Source of the DNA: a virus
DNA: 19,315 bases
IMG/VR virus record: IMGVR_UViG_3300045988_139350
Coordinates: 1 to 19,315 of that record
Direction: 5' to 3' (one strand)
The notes beneath the pieces were generated by a model. That model was not told the DNA's origin, ran no database searches, and worked only from the letters and a program-made list of their open reading frames with translations. This document shows, in pieces, positions 1 through 4,967 of this stretch (positions are counted from its first letter, which is position 1; each line of letters begins with the position of its first letter). Both the position numbers and the translations under genes were made by a program.

Positions 1-89
1 ATCTAATTAATACTTCCCTGTTTACAAAACTTCCCCACATGGTTTCAGTAACTACATGTTATTTGTTTTATACTAGGGCAGAAGATTTT
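1..89. repeat. Left inverted terminal repeat (89 bp)
   Basis: Checked base by base. 1..89 (atctaattaatacttccctgtttacaaaac...ctagggcagaagatttt) is the exact reverse complement of 19227..19315. Identity ends at position 90 (a versus c). Confidence 0.97.
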
Positions 90-179
90 AATACTATATG
101 AAACAGTTCCAATAATATTTACATCAATTATTTGTCGAATTATTTTTATAATTATTTTCAAATATTTGTACAAAAAGTA

Positions 180-208
180 TTGCATTTTCTTTCCAAATGT
201 TATATAAT
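180..208 (+). promoter_or_regulatory. Early promoter P1 (sigma-A type), TTGCAT-17 nt-TATAAT
   Basis: TTGCAT at 180..185, 17-nt spacer, TATAAT at 203..208. The downstream TATAATTAAATCATGGAAAGGGAA is nearly identical to the sequence at P2 (3457..3480). Confidence 0.7.
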
Positions 209-312
209 TAAATCATGGAAAGGGAATTAAATATGCACTACTAAATATCATAACCTTGTAGTGGCTAAAGGTATGTATTCGGAAATAACAATAAAATGAT
301 GGAGGAATTAAA

Positions 313-438
313 ATGGACAGATTAGATTATGAATCAGAAATAATTGATATTTTAAACGAAGCATGTAGTAAGTTAAATTCACAAGAATTTGAAACACTAT
401 TAACAAGAGTTGAAGAACTACTAAATTTTTATAAATAA
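313..438 (+). CDS. Small hypothetical protein (41 aa), not in the ORF track
   Basis: ATG at 313 lies 7 nt after GGAGG (301..305). It reads MDRLDYESEIIDILNEACSKLNSQEFETLLTRVEELLNFYK then TAA at 436..438. It is the first ORF after P1. Confidence 0.5.
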   Translation: MDRLDYESEIIDILNEACSKLNSQEFETLLTRVEELLNFYK

Positions 439-454
439 AAAGGAGATTGATAAT

Positions 455-673
455 ATGACAAATAATGAAACTGATTTAATGGAAATAATAAAGAGTAGTA
501 TTGACTATAAATTAGAATGTTTAAATTGGAGAAATGAAGATATCGGTTTATGGTTAGATGGTATCATTTTTGCTTTAGGCAATCCTAGTTATGACTTTTC
601 ACATGGAATTCAAAGTTTAAGAGATTATTATTTAGGATTGGAGAGTGAAAAATATGTATCAACAAATAGCTGA
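455..673 (+). CDS. Hypothetical early protein (72 aa, acidic)
   Basis: ORF-track ORF. AGGAG at 441..445 lies 9 nt before the ATG. It is co-oriented in a tightly packed early operon. No motif recognised. Confidence 0.6.
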   Translation: MTNNETDLMEIIKSSIDYKLECLNWRNEDIGLWLDGIIFALGNPSYDFSHGIQSLRDYYLGLESEKYVSTNS

Positions 674-848
674 ATATATAAATAGTTTAAATCAAAAAGA
701 ATTAAAAAAGTTATATAAAAAATATCATGATATGTTATTTACTTTTTATATTAATTCAGATAGGGAAAAATATAATAGAACAATGCTTGTTATAAATTTA
801 ATTGATAATGCCTTAAGAGAAAAAGGTTATTGGAAGAATATGAGGTGA
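654..848 (+). CDS. Hypothetical early protein (64 aa from ATG 654; the track uses GTG 645)
   Basis: GGAGAG at 640..645 lies 8 nt before ATG 654. The track start at 645 is a GTG inside that RBS. It ends at the TGA within GAGGTGA, which also serves as the RBS of the next gene. Confidence 0.55.
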   Translation: MYQQIAEYINSLNQKELKKLYKKYHDMLFTFYINSDREKYNRTMLVINLIDNALREKGYWKNMR

Positions 849-858
849 TTAAATGAAT
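842..858 (+). repeat. 17-bp direct repeat GAGGTGATTAAATGAAT (copy 1, 5' junction of the PAPS-reductase-like gene)
   Basis: Identical 17-mer at 842..858 and 1806..1822. Each contains the upstream stop (TGA), the RBS and the next ATG. Confidence 0.9.
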
Positions 859-1812
859 GTCAATGAATTAAATAGTCTATTAGACAATATTAAAAATCCT
901 ACAATAGGAAAAGCATTATTAACTACTTATCATAAATTAAATAATTCTAACTACAATAAAGTCTTATGTTCAATAAGTGGTGGTAGTGATAGCGACATTG
1001 TATTGGATATGGTTTACAAATGTGATAATAATAAAATAGTTGATTATGTATATTTTGACACAGGATTGGAATATTTAGCAACTAAAGAGCATATAAAGTA
1101 TTTAGAAGAAAAATATAAAATAAATATAGAAATAATAAGGCCTAAAATTCCAATACCTTTATCTTGTAAAAAATTCGGGCAACCGTTTTTATCTAAACAT
1201 GTGTCTGAAATGATAGATAGGTTACAAAGGCATAATTTTAAATGGGAGGATAAGCCTTTTGATGTATTGATACAAGAATATCCAAAATGCAAATCTGCGT
1301 TAGAATGGTGGTGTAATGTTAAGCCATCGCCTGCTCATAATATTAATAGAAATAAATTGTTAAAAGAGTTTATGATTTTAAATCCTCCTAATTTTAAAAT
1401 AAGTCAACTATGTTGTAAATATGCTAAGAAAGATTTAGCTCATGATAAGCTAAAACAAGGTTATGACTTAGATGTAACAGGAATAAGAAAATCAGAAGGT
1501 GGTGTAAGGACTACTGCTTATAAATCTTGTTTTGATAATAATTTTGGAAAATATGATAGATATAGACCAATATTTTGGTTTACAGATAATGATAAATTAG
1601 AGTACAGAAAATTATTTAATGTATCTAATTCCAAATGTTATAATTTATATGGATTGCAACGTACTGGGTGTTGCGGTTGTCCTTTTGGAAGAAAATTCGA
1701 TTATGAGCTAGAAATTCTTGAAAAATTTGAACCAAAATTATATAACGCAGTTATAAATATATTTAAAGACTCGTATAATTATACTAGAATGTATAATGAA
1801 TTTAAGAGGTGA
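853..1812 (+). CDS. PAPS reductase / PP-loop ATP-pyrophosphatase family protein (319 aa)
   Basis: PP-loop CSISGGSDSDIVLD (SGGxDS). TGIRKSEGGVR and RPIFWFTDNDKLEY resemble conserved CysH/PAPS-reductase-family blocks. C-terminal Cys cluster LQRTGCCGCPFG. Confidence 0.8.
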   Translation: MNVNELNSLLDNIKNPTIGKALLTTYHKLNNSNYNKVLCSISGGSDSDIVLDMVYKCDNNKIVDYVYFDTGLEYLATKEHIKYLEEKYKINIEIIRPKIPIPLSCKKFGQPFLSKHVSEMIDRLQRHNFKWEDKPFDVLIQEYPKCKSALEWWCNVKPSPAHNINRNKLLKEFMILNPPNFKISQLCCKYAKKDLAHDKLKQGYDLDVTGIRKSEGGVRTTAYKSCFDNNFGKYDRYRPIFWFTDNDKLEYRKLFNVSNSKCYNLYGLQRTGCCGCPFGRKFDYELEILEKFEPKLYNAVINIFKDSYNYTRMYNEFKR

Positions 1813-1822
1813 TTAAATGAAT
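1806..1822 (+). repeat. 17-bp direct repeat GAGGTGATTAAATGAAT (copy 2, 3' junction of the PAPS-reductase-like gene)
   Basis: Identical to 842..858. The flanking bases differ on both sides. Confidence 0.9.
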
Positions 1823-2068
1823 TGCACATTTTCAACTTGTTTTTACTGGAACAATGGAACATGCAGAAAGAACAAAACAGATTGTTCAAAGTTGAGATAT
1901 GCACCAAAGCATAATTATGATTATTCCAAAGGTAGTTATGTTGTAGCAAAGAAAGATAAAAGAGATACTTATCATTACGCATTATATGATGAAAATGATA
2001 ATTTTATATGTAACACTAGTGAAAAGATGGTAGTATTATATAACTATAAAGTTTATTATGATGATTAG
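1817..2068 (+). CDS. Hypothetical protein with Cys-rich N-terminus (83 aa)
   Basis: GAGGTGA RBS. The N-terminus is MNCTFSTCFYWNNGTCRKNKTDC (C-x4-C-x8-C-x6-C). It shares a C-x-YW...C pattern with the N-terminus of the 2363..2677 product. Confidence 0.6.
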   Translation: MNCTFSTCFYWNNGTCRKNKTDCSKLRYAPKHNYDYSKGSYVVAKKDKRDTYHYALYDENDNFICNTSEKMVVLYNYKVYYDD

Positions 2069-2080
2069 AGGTGAATAAAA

Positions 2081-2275
2081 ATGACAAAAAGACAAATTGA
2101 ATTATTAATTGAAAGTATTAGTTATCACCAATTACATTTACAAAAAATGTATTGTCGATTTACTGATGAAAAAATATTAGAAAAAGCAGTACATGAACAT
2201 TTAGAATTATGTGAAATTTCAAAATTATTGATAGGAGTGTTAGATGTATATGATGAAGAAAATCAAAACTCATAG
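2081..2275 (+). CDS. Hypothetical early protein (64 aa)
   Basis: GAGGTGA RBS (tagaggtgaataaaaATG). Co-oriented. No motif recognised. Confidence 0.55.
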   Translation: MTKRQIELLIESISYHQLHLQKMYCRFTDEKILEKAVHEHLELCEISKLLIGVLDVYDEENQNS

Positions 2276-2378
2276 AATTAAACAATTTTATTATTGTTGT
2301 TCAAAATGTGGACGACAAATAGATAGTTACGAATATTATAAAAATGATGGGGTGTGTGATTTATGTCAATGGATGTAA
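2244..2378 (+). CDS. Small zinc-ribbon-like protein (44 aa), not in the ORF track
   Basis: AGGAG at 2233..2237 lies 6 nt before ATG 2244. It reads MYMMKKIKTHRIKQFYYCCSKCGRQIDSYEYYKNDGVCDLCQWM then TAA at 2376..2378. There are two CxxC pairs (CSKC ... CDLC). It bridges the otherwise non-coding gap between 2275 and 2363 and overlaps both neighbours. Confidence 0.45.
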   Translation: MYMMKKIKTHRIKQFYYCCSKCGRQIDSYEYYKNDGVCDLCQWM

Positions 2379-2677
2379 AATGTGAAAATTGTAAATATTG
2401 GAGGAAAATTGAAAATAGTATTTACTGTACAAGTAAATTTATGTGTGATAACTATGATAAGTTTGAAGCTAAACATTCCAAAATCAAGCCAAGTTATTAT
2501 GGTACTGGTATTGATGTAATAGAGTTTTGTTTAAGAAATAATTTAACATTTATGCAAGGTAATGTTATAAAATACGTAACAAGGTATAAAGATAAAAACG
2601 GTATTGAGGATTTACAAAAAGCAAAGGAATATATTGATAGATTAATTGAATTTGAAAAGAGGAGTGTAAATAAATGA
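2363..2677 (+). CDS. DUF3310-like phage protein with Cys-rich N-terminal extension (104 aa)
   Basis: The C-terminal YYGTGIDVIEFCLRNNLTFMQGNVIKYVTRYKDKNGIEDLQKAKEYIDRLIE matches my memory of the DUF3310 pattern (..IE.I......F..GN.IKY..R...K.G..DL.KA..Y...L). The N-terminus is CENCKYWRK...C...C. Confidence 0.65.
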   Translation: MSMDVKCENCKYWRKIENSIYCTSKFMCDNYDKFEAKHSKIKPSYYGTGIDVIEFCLRNNLTFMQGNVIKYVTRYKDKNGIEDLQKAKEYIDRLIEFEKRSVNK

Positions 2678-2895
2678 ACTATGTATATGAAATTTATAAA
2701 GTGTTAGAATCTAGAGGTTGTGAACAAATATCAATGGAGTTTGATTCTGAGTATAAAATACTGGAAGTTAAATATAAAAGAAAAAATCAAATTACTAATG
2801 AAATGACTGATGAAATGTTTACTATTGTTCCAAAGAATTATAAATCAGAAAAAGATTTAAAAGCGAAAGTAATAAGGGAGTTGTACTGTATATGA
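2674..2895 (+). CDS. Hypothetical early protein (73 aa)
   Basis: ATGA start/stop overlap with the upstream gene. GGAG at 2661..2664. No motif recognised. Confidence 0.55.
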   Translation: MNYVYEIYKVLESRGCEQISMEFDSEYKILEVKYKRKNQITNEMTDEMFTIVPKNYKSEKDLKAKVIRELYCI

Positions 2896-3092
2896 GTGAT
2901 AGATATATAGCATTTAAACTATTAGCAGATAAATGTGGAAAAGTTCTCGGTTACAGGGAACTTTATCCCGACGATATATTTTGGATAGCATATGCATATA
3001 TAAATGGTGGTTGTAAATCACGCAAAGATTATGAGTATTTAGTTAACTTTTTATTTGAAAATAATGATTGGAGAGAGGAGCTATTAAAATGA
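2892..3092 (+). CDS. Hypothetical early protein (66 aa)
   Basis: ATGA overlap with the upstream gene (translational coupling). No motif recognised. Confidence 0.55.
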   Translation: MSDRYIAFKLLADKCGKVLGYRELYPDDIFWIAYAYINGGCKSRKDYEYLVNFLFENNDWREELLK

Positions 3093-3361
3093 TTAGAGAA
3101 AGTTTACAAGATGTTAATTCAATTACTATAGAGGAATGCTCTGAACTTATACAAGCTTTGTCAAAATTAAATCGTTGGATTAGTGGTGATGTAACATTAA
3201 GAGCAAGTAAAGAAGAAATAGATAACATGGTACTTGAAGAAATGGTTGATGTATATATCTGTTTAGAAAAGTTGAACGAAAAGCTTGAAATAATACCCGA
3301 GGACTTCGATAGTATTTATATATCCAAGGTTACAAGATATAATGAATTAATGAATAAATAA
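3089..3361 (+). CDS. MazG-like all-alpha nucleoside triphosphate pyrophosphohydrolase (90 aa from ATG 3089; the track uses TTG 3068)
   Basis: GAGGAG at 3075..3080 lies 8 nt before ATG 3089, which overlaps the upstream TGA (ATGA). Paired acidic motifs EECSELIQALSK ... LEEMVDVYICLEKL are typical of small MazG/dimeric-dUTPase-like NTP-PPases. Confidence 0.65.
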   Translation: MIRESLQDVNSITIEECSELIQALSKLNRWISGDVTLRASKEEIDNMVLEEMVDVYICLEKLNEKLEIIPEDFDSIYISKVTRYNELMNK

Positions 3362-3367
3362 TAAGTG

Positions 3368-3397
3368 AAAGGACAGTCAATTATCTGTCCTTTTTTT
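3368..3397 (+). terminator. Rho-independent terminator ending early operon 1
   Basis: AAAGGACAG (3368..3376), loop tcaattat, CTGTCCTTT (3385..3393), running into a T-run through 3397. It starts 7 nt after the stop of the MazG-like gene. Confidence 0.8.
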
Positions 3398-3421
3398 GTC
3401 GAACAAAACTTTAAAATATTT

Positions 3422-3450
3422 GTTTACTAACTATTGCAAAAATCGTTTAA
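3422..3450 (+). promoter_or_regulatory. ECF-type promoter-like motif GTTTAC-N16-CGTTTAA superimposed on P2
   Basis: GTTTAC at 3422..3427, 16-nt spacer, CGT at 3444..3446. It has the same architecture as three minus-strand sites ahead of late gene blocks. The homologous P1 region lacks both elements (GTACAA ... CTTTCC). Confidence 0.45.
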
Positions 3451-3462
3451 ATGCTGTATAAT
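3434..3462 (+). promoter_or_regulatory. Early promoter P2 (sigma-A type), TTGCAA-17 nt-TATAAT
   Basis: TTGCAA at 3434..3439, 17-nt spacer, TATAAT at 3457..3462, followed by TAAATCATAGAAAAGGAA as at P1. It sits between a terminator and the next operon. Confidence 0.7.
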
Positions 3463-3509
3463 TAAATCATAGAAAAGGAACAAAATATTAAATAAAAGGA
3501 GAATGAAAA

Positions 3510-3875
3510 ATGAAAAAATTATTAATCGCTACATTAACAATGATGATGATCGGAGGAACAACTGTAAAAGCTGAAACAAATTTTAAAGTCCATAAAGAAT
3601 GTTTTGCAATGCCAGTATTGGTAAAAGTTGAAAATAATGGAGAATATGATTATAATGTATATTATGATACATTAGGAAATAAAATTGATTTATCTAAAGA
3701 AACAATTTATTTTAATGACGACAATGAAAGAGTGTATTTTCCATATGATGGTTATAAATTCCATGAAAATTATCATCTTGAACAAGAATTAGGAGAATAC
3801 ATTGATGAATTTGAAACTGCTCCATCTGCTATTACAAGGCAACTAGTAAGGGACGGTGAAAATAATGAAAATTAA
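3510..3875 (+). CDS. Secreted hypothetical protein with Sec-type signal peptide (121 aa)
   Basis: AGGAG lies 8 nt before the ATG. The N-terminus MKKLLIATLTMMMIGGTTVKA/ETNF has a basic n-region, a hydrophobic core and a VKA cleavage-like site. There is no lipobox Cys. Confidence 0.7.
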   Translation: MKKLLIATLTMMMIGGTTVKAETNFKVHKECFAMPVLVKVENNGEYDYNVYYDTLGNKIDLSKETIYFNDDNERVYFPYDGYKFHENYHLEQELGEYIDEFETAPSAITRQLVRDGENNEN

Positions 3876-4086
3876 AGATTTATTATTTAATGAATTGTTG
3901 TGGAGCAAAGAAAAAATTGAAATAATAAATTATGAAACAGATGAAATAATTTTTAATATAGACAGATTTGAAAATTTATATTTGGATGATGAATGGAATA
4001 AATATAAAGATTGGTCTATTAAATGGTTTGAAAGTAGATATAATAAAGAAACCAACGAAAGTTATATACGTTTTTATATTAATTAA
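3865..4086 (+). CDS. Hypothetical protein (73 aa from ATG 3865; the track uses GTG 3856)
   Basis: GGTGA at 3855..3859 lies 5 nt before ATG 3865. The track start is a GTG inside that purine patch. No motif recognised. Confidence 0.5.
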   Translation: MKIKDLLFNELLWSKEKIEIINYETDEIIFNIDRFENLYLDDEWNKYKDWSIKWFESRYNKETNESYIRFYIN

Positions 4087-4091
4087 TAATA

Positions 4092-4114
4092 AGGGAGTGA
4101 ACAATTCGCTCCCT
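4092..4114 (+). other. Stable hairpin without a U-tract upstream of the terminal protein gene
   Basis: AGGGAGTG (4092..4099), loop aacaatt, CGCTCCCT (4107..4114): 8 bp including one G-U pair. It is followed by aatacatataat, not a T-run. Confidence 0.5.
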
Positions 4115-4156
4115 AATACATATAATATAAATATATGAATAATGGGAGGGTATAAC

Positions 4157-4954
4157 ATGAATGCAAAAAGGCAATTATCAGGATTAAAAAGAGTTAATTG
4201 GGAAAAGAAGTCAACTAAACAAAAGGTAAAATATTTAGTTAATAAGTTACAAGTATTAGGTTATAAAATTCCAACTTATTTAAAAAATGGACAACTTAGT
4301 GATAGGCAATTAAAATCACAAATTAATAAAATTGAACGTGGGTTACAATCACAAATCAAAAAAGACAATTCTAGTAATAATAAAAAACAATTACCAATTG
4401 AAACAAGACTTAACAGGTATATAAAAAGATATAATAAACAAGTTGAATCAACTATTAACGGATTAAAAGCTATGGGACTATCAGAGCAACAAATTGATTA
4501 TTTAACTGGTAAAGATGTATTTTTTCCATCTAGGAGGAATAAAAGTTTTAGGATTGATGGTGTTGCATTAAAGAAAATTGGTGAACTAAATATATCTGAT
4601 GATGAAAGAAAATTAGCAATGTTAAATAAATTGAAGAATGATTATAAGAAGATAACACTTCAAGCAGTTTATGACAAATTAAATGATGATACTATGCAGA
4701 ATAAATGGTTTGCTGATTTTATGAGTTTAGATTTTGTTCAAAACATGGAAAGTTATCAAAGACAGGCTATATGGAAACAATGGCACACACTTTCACCACT
4801 GCAAAAAGAATTATTTATAAAAGGGGAACTTAATAATTTAAGAGATAAATATTTTGATATTGGTGAAGGTGAAATGGATAAAGCTTCTGAAAATTCTTAT
4901 GCGAGAATTGACAGGACTATTAATGAATATAGACAATTAGATAGTTTTAAATAG
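4157..4954 (+). CDS. Terminal protein candidate (265 aa from ATG 4157; the track uses ATG 4142)
   Basis: GGGAGG at 4144..4149 lies 7 nt before ATG 4157, so the track start sits in front of that RBS. The gene is immediately upstream of the protein-primed PolB, as gene 3 is in phi29. The size is close to phi29 TP (266 aa) and the N-terminal half is basic. The C-terminal INEYRQLDSFK resembles the phi29 TP end (..YLEQYRRGDFDLSLKGF, from memory). Confidence 0.65.
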   Translation: MNAKRQLSGLKRVNWEKKSTKQKVKYLVNKLQVLGYKIPTYLKNGQLSDRQLKSQINKIERGLQSQIKKDNSSNNKKQLPIETRLNRYIKRYNKQVESTINGLKAMGLSEQQIDYLTGKDVFFPSRRNKSFRIDGVALKKIGELNISDDERKLAMLNKLKNDYKKITLQAVYDKLNDDTMQNKWFADFMSLDFVQNMESYQRQAIWKQWHTLSPLQKELFIKGELNNLRDKYFDIGEGEMDKASENSYARIDRTINEYRQLDSFK

Positions 4955-4967
4955 GGAGGGTTAATAA

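Noticed and set aside
1044-1292. Antisense ORFs from the track: 1044..1292(-), 1779..1982(-), 3043..3228(-), 3976..4158(-), 4897..5082(-)
   Set aside because: All lie opposite well-supported plus-strand genes in the early arm. They lack a Shine-Dalgarno sequence and translate to Ile/Leu/Phe/Asn-rich strings typical of random frames in AT-rich DNA.
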